This document shows positions 25,715-38,709 of a stretch of 64,000 bases of DNA, piece by piece. Position 1 is the stretch's first letter. The number at the start of each line of letters is the position of its first letter. Both the position numbers and the translations under genes were made by a program. Below the pieces are notes generated by a model, which was not told the DNA's origin, made no database searches, and saw nothing but the letters and a program-made list of their open reading frames with translations. The DNA is from Mobula hypostoma (taxonomy: Eukaryota): NCBI RefSeq assembly GCF_963921235.1, contig NC_086108.1, forward strand, positions 67,520,001 through 67,584,000, in the 5' to 3' direction.

Positions 25715-26938
25715 AAGTAGTATAAAGTTTAGAAGAGTTTCATCATATTTCCAAGAAATATATGCTAGAACACACTAAAATAGGAACAGGGGTCGTGCCA
25801 CCAGGCCCCCACCATTTTATGTGAACGTGACTGATCTGTGCTGGCCTCGATTTCTCTTCTGCACCATTTCTCCAAAACCCAGTATTCTGCAATCTAAAAA
25901 TTATTTCTTGGCCTCTACTCTAAATACCCCTGATTATCCAGCTTCCAGCTGGGGCAGAGATTTCCAGAGATTTACCAACCTCCAAGAGGAAAAAAATGTA
26001 AAGTTTATTTCAGTTTTAAATGACTGGCCCCTTATCATGTTGTTATCACCTCTTTGCTTGAGACTCTCCTACTAGTGTGATAAGGTACCATGAGTCCATA
26101 CTTCTGTTTCTTTCATTAGGGCATTTTCACAGTTTTTAACTTAACTAATTTAATTTTTTAATTAATATTACTTGAAGTTAAATGTCCTCTTTAAACTGAT
26201 GTTTTTTTTTAATAGATCAGTGTTGTTAGTTTAATATAATCTTGAGACTGGGCACTATAAAGTAAAAGGGATGAGTGCAAGTGCCTGTGAAGATAATGAA
26301 TTTTCTTAAAATATATAATTTATCATTTATATTGTGTTGTTTTCCTACCTCCATGCATTCCAAAACCTGGATATGGAATGAGCTGTGGGCAGGATAGTCC
26401 ATTGAGAAGACAGATAGGCTGGTGAAATGGAAAGATGAGATTTAATTGTGAGGAATATTGGTAGGAAGACTGAAGAGGAAGTGTAAGCCAGAAAGCACAA
26501 TTCTAAATGGGATGTAAGGACAAAAGGGGTTCAAGGTGAGATGTGTATTTTTCTTTGAAAATGCAAGGGTTGGTAAAGAAGATGCATGTATTTATACATT
26601 CTTACTTCATGGGTTTCTAGGTTCTTCAGTTTTCTCCTACATACATAGGTTGTTAGGATTAATTGATTATTTTCAATTCCCCTAGTAGTGGTAGGTGTTA
26701 GGAGAATTGCGAAGGAGTTGATGGGTATGTGGGAGGGAATAATTACTAGGAAATAAATTAGAGGAGTGGGATTGCTCTGAGAGACGGGTGTAATAGCTTC
26801 TGTGAAGAATATTTTGACACAAAATATATCCTCTGTCCATTCACATATGCTTGTAAGTACATTATGACTATTGTTGTGACACAGGTATTGGGTTGTTTGC
26901 CATAATTTTGAGAATACTCTGAAAATGATTTGTTACAG

Positions 26939-27085
26939 ATGCCAGTGGATGTTTCTCTTCTACCAGAAGCTGAACGGAAAGCAAGAATGCGCAAACGTGG
27001 CCCCAAAAAAGTCAAAGTAAAAGAGGAGCAATTTGAAGATGAATTTAAAGTTGAAGATTACAGCAAATTCTGGAAGAAAAAATAA
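26939..27085 (+). CDS. MRPL55: Mitochondrial ribosomal protein L55, coding exon 3 (terminal)
   Basis: Acceptor TTGTTACAG|ATG; encodes MPVDVSLLPEAERKARMRKRGPKKVKVKEEQFEDEFKVEDYSKFWKKK, then TAA. Confidence 0.95.
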   Translation: MPVDVSLLPEAERKARMRKRGPKKVKVKEEQFEDEFKVEDYSKFWKKK

Positions 27086-27246
27086 TCTTCAGATTGTTGG
27101 GATTTGGAAAGGCAAAGCGATTAGTGAAAGACTTGACATGTCAACAGCACTAGAATGGCAGATTGACAGTGCTCATATATCATATATAAGTCTCAATACA
27201 TTTATTGATGATTTAGTGAACTTTGTATTTCTATATGAGCTTGGGG

Positions 27247-27252
27247 AATAAA
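27247..27252 (+). terminator. Probable polyadenylation signal of MRPL55
   Basis: First AATAAA after the stop codon (~160 nt downstream), followed by T/GT-rich sequence. Confidence 0.6.
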
Positions 27253-27344
27253 GCAATGGATTCTTATTGTATTTCTAGACCAGCTGCTAGGAGAAATGTT
27301 TTTGAATATTAACAAAATGTTGTCCTCCAACTATCATATGCCAG

Positions 27345-27545
27345 CTTAGATTCCTTCCCCTCCCCCCACCTTCTTATTGTGATTTCTGCACCCTTCCTTT
27401 CCGGTACTGATGAAGGGTTTCAGGTTTCAGCCTGAAATGTCGACGACTGTCTACTCCCAACCATTGATGTTGCCCGACTTGCTGAGTTCCTCCAGCATTT
27501 TGTGCACATTGCTCAAGATTTCCTGCGTCTGTAAAATCTCTTTTG
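27345..27545 (+). mobile_element. Penelope-derived repeat with a degenerate hammerhead core
   Basis: CTGATGAAGGG...CCTGAAATGTCGAC followed by the same CTGAGTTCCTCCAGCATTTTGTG tail as other copies. Confidence 0.55.
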
Positions 27546-30391
27546 TGGGCCCAAAACGTGTAATACTCCAAGTGCATTCTGACCAATACTGTATAAAGCC
27601 ACAGCATTACAGCCTCGTGTTTATGTAATATTTCTTTCTATGCCTTTTCTGTCTACATTATAAGAATTTGACATGCATGTATTTTGATAAATTGCTCAGT
27701 GCCACAAAGAACTAGTTAAATTGGCTTGAGCGTTATGTTAAACGTTTACAATGTTATTAGGCCATTTAACTGAAATATTACAGTTAATTTCATTTTATTA
27801 TCCTAGAGATAGAACAATATGTATAACAATCACAATCTTAGTAAATGAACGAATAATAGTTTTGGTACTAAGATTACAGTCTCATACTTTGTGATCTGTT
27901 GTATGTTGCTTTACTCGGATAGAAACAGTTATAGAAGAGTGGGAAGAAATCAGCTAGTCAGGCAGCATCTGTGGAAGAAGAAACCAGTCAATGTTTTAGG
28001 TCAGTGACCTGACCCTTCCCCAGCATCACATCAGTTCTGAGGAAGAGTTGCTGATCCAAAGCATTGACTGGTTTCTCCTACTTATGTTCCTTAACTCAGA
28101 GTTCTTCCAGCATTTCTGTACTTTTTTGCCTTGGATTCTAACATCAGCAGTGTTCCTTGTTTTCTTTTACTAGGACAGGAGAGTGCTGTGAATGCTCTGG
28201 CCTCATTAACATAAATCATGCCACATTTAAAACAGAAGTATGAGTTTGTTTTAACACCGACAATGCGACAAAAATGGAAGGGTGGAAAATTAATTATATG
28301 GATAAGTTATCTACATAGTTCATTTGCAGTTTAAAAAAGGCCAAAGAATGCCAAAGTTTACACATGCTATAGAATATATGATGGTAAAAATATGGAAATT
28401 GAATTGAGTATTATGTCTGCAACTGGTCTCTCATTAAAGTTTGGAGAATATTTGAATGAATGTCAATATTTGTTATCACACTGCTTTGATTACTTAAACA
28501 AGCTCAAAACATTGTGAAATAGGAAATAAAAATTGTACCCCAAAAGACTTTGATTTGTAATATCTACTTAAACATAGATTTATTGCAGTTTTAAAAATAC
28601 AAATTTAGAATAGTGCTTATAAAATATTGATTGTTGAAGTAAGAAATATGTAAATGCCCTTTATTGCCAGTTAAACTATCAAAACTGCCGAACTGAACTA
28701 ATACCATTCTGCATTTGGCTCATATCCCTCTAAACCTTCCCTTCTAAATGCCTTTTAAATGTCATCATTGTACCTGTTTACCACTTCCTTTGGCAGCTTG
28801 TTCCATTTATTGCCACATTCTGTACTGTGTGTGGGGAGGGGAGGAAGTTGCCCTCAGGTACCTGTTAACTCTTTCCCTGCTCAAGATAACAAAAATCCTG
28901 ACAAGTGCTGGGAGGAGGCTGGCTTGCTAAAGATGCTGAGAAAAACAGAACAAAAGTGCAATGAAAAAGAGCACGAGATTGACACCCAGTGAAAGCATAG
29001 CTGAGACAGCTTTCTAGCAATATGCTTTGGATATGAGAAACAGTATTAATAAAATAGTGTTTGGAAACAGCCATTCTCTGAAAGGACAACTTGATGAGGA
29101 AAGTAGAAACAGGCATCTTAACTGAAAGAAAATGTGTTTTGTTTACCCATTCACGAGGGAATCTGCAGATGCTGGAAATCCAAAGCAGCACGTGAAATGC
29201 TGGAGGAACTCAGCAGATCAGGCAGTATCTAAAGAGTAAACAGTTGACGTTTTGGACCAAGAGCCCTAATCAGGGCTATTGAGCAGTAGTATCAAAACTA
29301 AGCCCTCTAGTTTTGGGCTCCCGTGTGGAAAAGACTGGCTACTTAATTCATCTGTGCTCTTCATGAGATAATAAGCTCTATAAAGTCATCCCTTGGCCTC
29401 CTACACTCCAGAGTAAAAAGTTCTAGCCTTCACAGCCTCTCATAAACCCAAGCCCTCCAGTACAAATAATATTCTCGAGCATTTTTGCAGTCTCATCGAT
29501 TCAGAAATCGCTTCTTTCCCTCTGCCATCAGATTTCTGAATGGACATTGAACCCATGAACACTACCTCATGACTTTTTTGCACTACTTATTTAACTTTTT
29601 AAGTATATATATTACTGTATTTTACCATTTTTATTAAGTATTGTAATGTACTGTGGCATAACAAATTTTGGGCTATATGCTAGTGATATTAATTCTAATT
29701 CTGTAAGATGACATCCCAACTCCTGTACTCAATACAGTGAAGAACACCAGACACCACCTTCACCATGCCCTCTTCCTGTGTTGCCACTTACAAGAACTAT
29801 GCAGCTGCACTCCTCGGTCTTTCTGTTCTATAACACTCCACAAAGCCCTGCCATTTACTGTGTTAAGTCTGGCCCTGGTTCTTACTAAAATGCAAAACCT
29901 CACATATACCTGAATTAAATTCCATCTGCCATTCCTCAGTTCCCTAACCAATTGATCAAGACCCTGTTGTGATTTTAACTAACCTTCACTGTCCACTATA
30001 CCACCGATTTTGGAGTCGTCCGCAAACTTACATGATTTGGAGAACGAGCAGATTCAGACTTGCATGATTGTTTGTCTTAGTAGTTTGATGATGGCATCTG
30101 AAAAGTAACAATTCCTGAAAGATTCATAAATTTAATTAGTCTCAATTTTAGTTTTGCTTCAAGCTAAACTAAAAAATATTTTTAAACTAGTTTCCTGTCA
30201 TCATCTGAAACTGCATCAGATCCATGTTAATAGGGAGTTGTTTTGCTTGACAGCAATGTACAACTAAAACAATGGGCTTTTCATGAGAAACTTGAATTTT
30301 GGTATGGTCATCCAACAAGAAGCTTAGCAGATTAATAAAACAAAAGTGATTGCTACATCTTGGCAATGACTGTAACACCTTACTTCAATAT

Positions 30392-30419
30392 GTTAATAAT
30401 TAAATGTGTCCAAAGTTCA
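30392..30419 (+). promoter_or_regulatory. Adjacent HNF1-like and HNF4-like sites in the SLC5A9 proximal promoter
   Basis: GTTAATAATTAAA (30392-30404) matches GTTAATNATTAAC at 12/13 positions. TGTCCAAAGTTCA (30407-30419) is a DR1/HNF4-type site. Both are ~50-75 nt upstream of the ATG. Confidence 0.55.
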
Positions 30420-30465
30420 ATTTCAAAAGAACACGGCTTACAAAATTCAATAGTGAGACTACAGA

Positions 30466-30567
30466 ATGGAACCGACTCCCAGAGTTTCGAGAATATTTGC
30501 TTTGGAGATACCAGATATAATTGTGGTTGTTATTTACTTTGTGTTTGTTATGTGTGTTGGAATATGG
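30466..30567 (+). CDS. SLC5A9: Sodium/glucose cotransporter 4, coding exon 1
   Basis: MEPTPRVSRIFALEIPDIIVVVIYFVFVMCVGIW|GTGAGT. Confidence 0.88.
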
Positions 30568-31374
30568 GTGAGTGCAGAGTACTTTGGAACAAGCAGTTCT
30601 CAAAATGTGATAGTTGTACCCTTGAACTGTGACGTTTTTAGAGTTGATGTTTAAATATCTTCCACTTGATGTTTATACTTTTCAACTTGAACTTCTTATC
30701 ACCTCTGAAGTTTAAAAACCCTTTGATGTATTTTGATATGTCAGTATAGTACAATATGGTTATAAACAAACTGCAACAGTTACTAATTTAGAATAACTAA
30801 GTAACATAATTAGTTGCCTGAAATAACATTAATTTTGCCTAAATTTGTCTTTTCTTATAACTTTAGCTCTCTTATTTTTATTGGTATATATTATTTCAAT
30901 GACATGCGTAAAATCAATTGCTGACTGCCAAACTTCTGTTCTCAAAACTTGCTACGTTGTTAGTGATTACATATGGATTGCATTTAAAAGTTTGAACCAA
31001 AGTTAATCTTTATGTTACAATACGCTGAAAATTAAGCTTGTGAAAATTTCATTAATTGAACTATGCTGGAATTAATGCAAAATATGAGAAACAGATTACA
31101 ATAATTTTTGCTGAGTAAGTTAATGCCTGCTGGTTATTTCTTGGCTCATTTGATTAAACTAAAATTTAAAGAAATATAAAACCAAGTATGAATTTAGAAA
31201 GCTAAAGAAATGCTGTAATAACATTGATTTGAAACAGTTCATGATTTCTGAATATAAAATCTTAAGTGTGTTCCAAAGGCCTTGGTGCCTACAGTTTATT
31301 TTTAACTGGTCTATAGTTCCTTTTCATTTTGGACTTTGATTAAGAGAATTGACATTCAAATCTTTCTATATTAG

Positions 31375-31446
31375 TCGTCTATGAGAGCCAACCGGAACAC
31401 TGTGGGAGGATATTTCCTTGCAGGAAAATCTATGACATGGTGGCCT
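31375..31446 (+). CDS. SLC5A9: SGLT4 coding exon 2
   Basis: TTAG|SSMRANRNTVGGYFLAGKSMTWWP|GTAAGT. Confidence 0.93.
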
Positions 31447-31684
31447 GTAAGTTCATAAATATAATTATTTTTCTGAAGTAGGTTAATATTGGTTGTGGAT
31501 TAGTACAGTGTTCAATCAGTGACAGTATTGTGCATTTTGTCTTGCTAAATGTTACTATTTTTCCAAAGTTTCAAAGAGCATTTATTATCAAAGAATGTAT
31601 AAATTATACAACCTTGAGATTTGTTTGCTTCCAGCCAGTAAGCAACAAATCTCGAGATTTTTAACACTTAATCAAAAAATAGCA

Positions 31685-32102
31685 TGAACATTGACTTCTC
31701 AAACTTCCACTAATGCCCCACCTCCCCCTCGTACCCCATCTGTGATTTATTTGTATACACACGTTTTTTTCTCTCTCTCCTTTTTCTCCCTCTGTCCCTC
31801 TGAATATACCCCCTGCCCATCCTCTGGTCCCCCCCCCTTTTTTTTCTACCTAGGCATCCTGTCCCATGATCCTCTCATATCCCTTTTGCCAATCAACTGT
31901 CCAGCTCTTGGCTCCATCCCTCCCCCTCCTGTCTTCTCCTATCATTTCGGATCTCCCCCTCCCCCTCCCATTTTCAAATCTCTTGCTAGCTCCTCTTTCA
32001 GTTAGTCCTGATGAAGGGTCTCAGCCCAGAACGTCGACTGTGCCTCTTCCTAGAGAAGCTGCCTGGCCTGCTGCGTTCACCAGCAACTTTTATGTGTTTT
32101 GC
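31685..32102 (+). mobile_element. Penelope-derived repeat with a hammerhead-like core (GAAA mutated to AGAA)
   Basis: Pyrimidine-rich body, then AGTC-CTGATGA-AGGGTCTCAGCCC-AGAACGTC-GACT at 32004-32039; same subfamily tail as the 13097-13296 copy. Confidence 0.6.
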
Positions 32103-32231
32103 TAACTTTTATGTGCAGTTTTGTCAAGGATTTTCTCAAATTTTAGAGGAGACCATTCAGCTATCATGCTTGTTCCAGATTATTCCCATTCACTGTTCTT
32201 TCCCCATAGTGAATGTAATATTTGAATTCCT

Positions 32232-34725
32232 GGACCATAAGATACAGAGTAGAATTAGGCCATTCAGCCCATCAAGTCTGCTCTGCCATTTCATTCATAG
32301 GTGACTTATACCTGTCAAACCCATTGTCCTGTCTTCTCGTAACCTTAGAAACTCTTACTACTCGAGAGCCTATCAACTTCTGCTTTAAATATAAGACCAT
32401 AAGACATAGGAGCAGAATTAGGCCATCTGGCCCATCGAGTCTGCCACTCAATCATGGCTGATCCTTTTTTTCTATCTCCTCCTCAACCCCAGTTCCTGGC
32501 CTTCTCCCCATAACCTTTGATACCATGTCCAATCAAGCACCTATCAATCTCTGCCTTAAATACACTCAATGGCCTGGCCACCACAGCTGTATGTGGCAAC
32601 AAATTCCACAAATTCACCACCCTTTGGCTAAAGAAATTTCTATGCATCTCTGTTTTGAAAGGACACACCTCTATCCTGAGGCTGCGCCCTCTTGTCCTAG
32701 ACTCTCCCACCATGGGAAACATCATTTCCACATCTACTCTGTCTAGGAGGCCATTCACCATTCAAAAGGTTTCAATGAGACTCCCCCCCCCCCCCATTCT
32801 TCTGAACTTCAGTGAGTACAGACACAGAGCCATCAAACATTCCTTGTATGATAACCCTTTCATTCCTGGAATCATCCTGTGAACCTCCTTTGGACCCTCT
32901 CCAATGCCAGCACATCTTTTCTAAGATGAGGGGCCCAAAACTGTTCACAATACTTAAGGCGAGGCCTTACCAGTGCCTTATAAAACCTCAGTATCACATC
33001 CTTGCTCTTGTATTCTAGACCTCTTGAAATTAATGTCAACATGGTATTTTCCTTCCTTACCACTGACTCAACCTGCAAGTTAACCTTCGGGGTGTTCTGC
33101 ACAAGGACTCCCAAGTCCCTCTGCATCCCAGATTCCTGTATTTTCTCCCCATTACAAAATTGTCTGCACATTTATTTCTACTACCAAAGTGCATGACCAT
33201 GCATTTTCCAACATTATATTTAATTTGCTACTTTCTTACCCATTCTCCTGATCTGTCTAAGTCCTGCATCCTACCTGTATCCTCAACACTACCTGCCCCT
33301 CCACCAATCTTCGTATCATCTGCAAACTTGGCAACAAAGCCATCTATTCCATCATCTAAATCATTTATATGCAGCATTAAAAAGAAGTGGTCCCAACACC
33401 GACCCCTGCGGAACATCACTAGTCACTGGCAGCCAACCAGAAAAGGATCCTTTTATTTCTACTCGCTGCCTCCTACCAATCAGCCAATGCTTTAAATGTG
33501 TTAGTAACTTTACTGCAATACCATGGGCTCTTAACTTGGTCAGTAGCCTCATGTGTGGCACATTGTCAAAGGCCTTCTGAAAGTCCAAATATACAACATC
33601 CACTACATCCCCTTTATCTATCCTACTTGTAATCTCTTCAAAGAATTCTAACAGTTTGTCAGGCAGGATTTTCCCTGCTGACTTTGTACTATCTTGTCCT
33701 GTGTCACAAAATACTCCATCACCTCATCCTTAACAATTGACCCTTAACATCTTCTTGACCACTGAGGTCAGGCTAACTGGTCTGTAATATCCTTTCTTAA
33801 AGAATGGAGTAACATTTGCAACTTCCCAGTCCCCTGGCACCATGCCAGAATCCAATAATTTTTGAAAGATCATTTCTAATGCCACCACAATCTCTAACGC
33901 TGCCTCTTTCAGAACCCTAGGTTGCAGTTCCTCTGGTCCAGGTGATTTATGTACCTTTAGGCCTTTCAGCTTTTTGAGCACCTTCTCTCTTGCATCCACT
34001 TCTCTTCCTTCACACACTACAACATCAGGCACACTGCTCGTGTCTTCCATAGTGAATACTCATTTAGTACATCAGCCATCTCCTTGTCCCCTGTTATTAT
34101 TTCTCCTGCCTCATTTTCTAGTGGTCCTATATCCACTCTCATTTCTCTTTTATTTTTAACATACTTGAAGAAACTTTCACTATCCACTTTGATATTATCT
34201 GCTAGCTTGCTTTCATATTTCATCTTTTCTCCTCTAATGATTTTTTTTAGTTGCTCTCTGTAGGTTTTTAAAAACTTCCCAATCCTCCATCTTCTCAGTA
34301 ATTTTTGCTTTGATGTATGTCGTTTCTTTTGCTTTTACAATAGCTTTGACTTTCCTTGTCAGCCACGATTGTACTATTTTACTATTTGAATATTTCTTCA
34401 TTTTTGAAATACACGTGCCCTGCACCTTCCTCATTTTTACCAGAAACACATGCCATTGCTGCTTGTTGACATACCTGCCAGCAGCTCCTTCCAATTTAGT
34501 TTGACCAATTCCTCTGTCTTACAACTGTAATTTCCCTTACTCCATTGAAGTACTGCTACATCAGACTTTACTTTCCTCCTGTCAAATTTACCAGTGGCTT
34601 GGCCTCGAAAGCCACCTGTAGCAATGAACTCCACAGATTCTCCTTTTTCAGGCTAAAGAAATTCCCCCTCATATCTGTTCCAAGGGGACATCCTTGTATC
34701 TTGAGGCTGTGCCCTTCAGTCCTCT
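32232..34725 (-). mobile_element. Nested CR1 LINEs: a ~2.2-kb ORF2 fragment (~32393-34590) inserted into another CR1 3' end
   Basis: DVVYLDFQKAFD, VPQGSVLGPLLF, VAKFADDTKIGG, FFSQRVVNLWN. The outer copy breaks at ~32392 and resumes at ~34591. Confidence 0.85.
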
Positions 34726-35994
34726 GGCATCAGTCCCTTTTATAGGGAGGAGATTCTCCCTCCCCACTTTACATTCTGGGATGCATCTCTTCCACTTCTG
34801 AGCATCCCCATTCTGTTAAATAGTTCCTTTATTTTTAATGAATTCAATATTGCTATTGCCCCCTCCATTATTACAGCATTGGTAGCATCATCTTGATTTA
34901 CTAAAGGTGTACATAATGTTGTCATACCAGACTTCAGCCAAGCCCTCTGTTTCAACAATATGATTTTTGTCTTTAATCTCTTCTTTTTGTCTAGATTTTT
35001 GTCTCTAATCACTGGTTTACTCTTAAGATATTTATGGATGACTTTTCTTTTGTGTTAAGTAGTTTTATGCTAACTCTTTGCTCCTCTTTTTAAATCATCA
35101 ATGTAGTTGCCTATACTAAACTTTATTCTCTACTGCATAATGAAACCTTTTTAAACCTAATTCAGTTTTAATCTGACCTTGATCTTTTTTTACCCATCTC
35201 TTCAGCCCTTTGCCCTAAACAGGATTAACTTTAATGTTGCATTTAATGAAATGAATTGCCGCAAGCCATAGAATATTATTAAACAAAATGAGGAGCCACA
35301 TATTTGCATTGGCCTAATCATTTGTAAGGTCAATGCTTATTGCTCATAATTGTCCATGAACTGAGTGGTCTTCAAAACTGCTCAGTTCATGGACAATAAT
35401 AAACAAGACTCAACAGCATGCAATGAATCTGGAGTTGCATCTAAGCCAGAGATTGTAAGATTATCTTTAATAAAGCATATTAGGGAAAACTAGTACAACA
35501 ATCTGATTGTTTCATGAGCACTATTTCCAGATTATTTTAATTCACTTGTGGTTAAGTTCCTATCTGCCCTGTGGGGATTTGATCTTGACGCTCTATATTC
35601 CAAGTCAAACAATTAATAGTTTTGCTATGGCATTGCAGTCCTCAAGGTATTAGAATAGATGTCCAAGTGCTTGTCTGAGAGAAATATTTAATGTAGTGCT
35701 TTCCACAAAGAGTAAAACAGCAGTGTATTTTACACAGGGAATTCCGGAATAGCAGTCTCAGCCATGTTGTTAGTTTTCTACTGTATGTATTATGTGCAAC
35801 TTGCCTACCTTACATTAGACTGTCTGATATTTGTTTAGCTGGTCCTACATATTTCTGACCGATTCTTTGCTGCTATTTAGCTCTCTTTAATGCCTACACC
35901 ATGTTTTACTTCTTTAATATTTTATCACAATGTTCATCCCCTGGCAGAATAATTTAAACCCTTTTCAGTTAATGTTTCATTTTCTGCAAGTATT

Positions 35995-36475
35995 CAAATT
36001 CAAGTTCAGTTTGTTGTCATTCATGAGTACACATGCATACAGCCAAATGAAACAACATCCTTCCAGGCCAAGGTGCACAACGCAGCACACATAACTCATG
36101 CACAACACAGAAAGTAATATTGCCACAAATAAATTAACAATTAATAAGGTGAATAAGGTAATATCATGAAAATTAAAAAGTAAACAGTATTATGCTGCTG
36201 GCGCTTCATACGTAATAAGACCTGAGTGGTGGCAGGGAGTTCAGTAGTCTTACAGCCTGGGGGAAGAAGCTGTTTCCTACCCTAACACTTCTTGTCCGAA
36301 TGCTATGGTACTTTCTGCCTGATGGTAGGAGGTCAAAGACATTGTTGGATAGATGGGAGGGATCACTGACAATGCTAAGGGCCCTGCATGTGCGGCAGTC
36401 CTGCCAAATATCTCTAATGGGTGGAAGAGGGACCCTGATGATCTCTGCAGTATTGGTCCCATCCACAATACCCTT
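35995..36475 (-). mobile_element. Rex1/L2-like LINE 3' fragment
   Basis: DPSHLS...LLPSGRKY...NSFFPQAVRLLN motif. Confidence 0.75.
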
Positions 36476-37350
36476 CAGCCTCAAACATGGTCACATTGCC
36501 CCAGCTATCTGAAAAACTCCCAGAAACACTTTCCTTTCACCAATCAATTATTCCTCCTAATGCTATATTCACTTATGCACAGTCTGAGAATTGTCTTGAG
36601 GTAACTACCTTAAAAGTCATGCTTTTTAACTCACCTGCTAATTCCTGAAAATTTTAATGTAGAACTTCAGAACTTCCGAACTTCCTTTCCGTAACATTAT
36701 GTCCTGTGTAGGTCACTGCATCTGGGTATATTGGGGGTTCACCCTTGTAACATTCTAATAATGCCCTGACTACTTCATGTTAGCTGCCAAAAAAAAATAA
36801 ACATGGCTAACTGATAAAAAAAAACTGGAAGAGATATTACTGCTATCTCAAAGTCTCTTAAAAAATAGTTTTATTTTTATGCTTCCTTTGATTGGCAGAC
36901 TGTTTATAAAGCCTGCTGCTTTCTAGACCAGACTTTAGTTTGAAGCTGCTTCATCAGTTAGGCAAATCAAAGAACTTTTAGTTGTTTATTTGCTTGCCCA
37001 TACCCGAATCAGGTTTATTATTATTTGTTTTTCTGTTATGAAGTTTACAAGATCAAATAGTTATAAAAGCTAGAAATAATGACATTAGCTCTACTGTCTT
37101 CATGATAATGATGATAAAATGCACAGGGGTAAATTAATACAGGAAACCTTATCTTCATACTAAAGAAAATAGAAAATACCAGTAAATGTTTATATTAGTT
37201 GGATAAATGCTTAAGAGTTGTAATCGAATAATTGAATAATGATACATTTCCACAATGATGCAAGTCACAAGGAAATGCATATATAATGACATGTTTAACA
37301 CTGGAACCAGTGCAGCATCTTGATTTTATCTGTTTTTACTTCGTGAACAG

Positions 37351-37455
37351 ATTGGGGCTTCTCTAATGTCCAGTAATGTTGGGAGTGGCCTGTTTATCGG
37401 TCTGGCAGGCACTGGAGCTGCAGGAGGCATTGCTGTTGGTGGTTTTGAATGGAAT
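37351..37455 (+). CDS. SLC5A9: SGLT4 coding exon 3
   Basis: [45 protein letters not shown]. Confidence 0.93.
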
Positions 37456-38709
37456 GTAGGTTTGGTTGATAGATTTACAAAATGCACACAAAATTGAATT
37501 CATAAACAACATATACTTTTAAATTAATCTATCATCCATTGTATTCTTGATCTTAGTTCAAAATCTATTCATCGAAATTTCAATTTAAATTTTAAATCAA
37601 TTGCTCTTTCTAAACATTAGCGGCTACAAAATAAAATCAACAAATCTTACAGTAATAAATCTTTGAATTTATTCATCACTGCACCCTTGTCATGATATAA
37701 TGTTTATTTGAATGTGAATTAATTACTCTATTGGAAGGACAATATTTTCACCTAGTACGGTGTTACTTGCATTGAAGAATGTGCAAACAAATCAAAATGG
37801 GATTAGAATGTCTTTACCTTGATTTTCTTGTAGGTCCTAGTACAAAATCCATGGAAAATAACAAAAATAATTATTTCAACCTAATATTCAAAGTACAGCT
37901 TATATATAAAAACATTTTGTTAATACACAAATGCTCATTCAAGCTTATTTAAATGACATATATTCAGTGGCCACTTTATTAGGTACAGCAAGCATCTGTG
38001 TCCAAGTGTAAATATGATGGATGCCACATTTAAAGTAGAAACCTGTAGTTTACTAATTGCTGACAGCTTGGAGTTCTGCTTTGGATAATCCCACCTCTGA
38101 GAAAACAGGCCGGAAGATAAAATATATTTTAAAATAATCAAGGGGTTTTATAGGATGAATAGTGTGCTGTATAATATGGGACTACTTTATGTTATAGGGA
38201 CAAGTTGTTGCATGCGCTATTAGGCACGTATTGATCTGTACGTGTGTGTTCAGTTCGGTTTCAGTCAGTAAAGAGCCCTGTTAACTTAGCTCCTCTCTCC
38301 AGCGTTTTTATTTATAGCTTTGTTGTGTAACCCGGCCACTTACACAACAAATTGGCGACGAGGTTAATGAACCTACATCATATCGGAGCGTCGTGTTTTA
38401 ATTGTTAATGACACTCAAAGAAGAGCACAAGGTAGGAGCCAAGGTAGAGCGAGGCTGCAAGTCCGAAACAAAGTGGGAGCACAGCTGGGGTCGGGAACGT
38501 CGGGAGACCAAGAGACACAGTTGGAACCGCAGCATGTCCAGGCGAGACAACAGCCAGCGCTGAACCCCAGGGACTGAGGGTCTGCCTGCCCCAGAAGGGA
38601 GATAAAAAGAAGCGACACACACAATAGATGGAGTGCACTCGTGGCGCTAGCAAAAAGGTGACCTGAGTCAAAAAAAAAGGGAGAACAGGGCTAAATTAAC
38701 ATAACAAAG

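Larger units (their letters stand above)
15951..27085 (+). other. MRPL55: MRPL55 gene span; CDS join(15951..15991,21160..21361,26939..27085), 129 aa
   Basis: Both introns are GT-AG with consistent phases (2, 0). The spliced protein contains [46 protein letters not shown]...ERKARMRKR...YSKFWKKK, typical of MRPL55 (bL31m). Confidence 0.93.
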
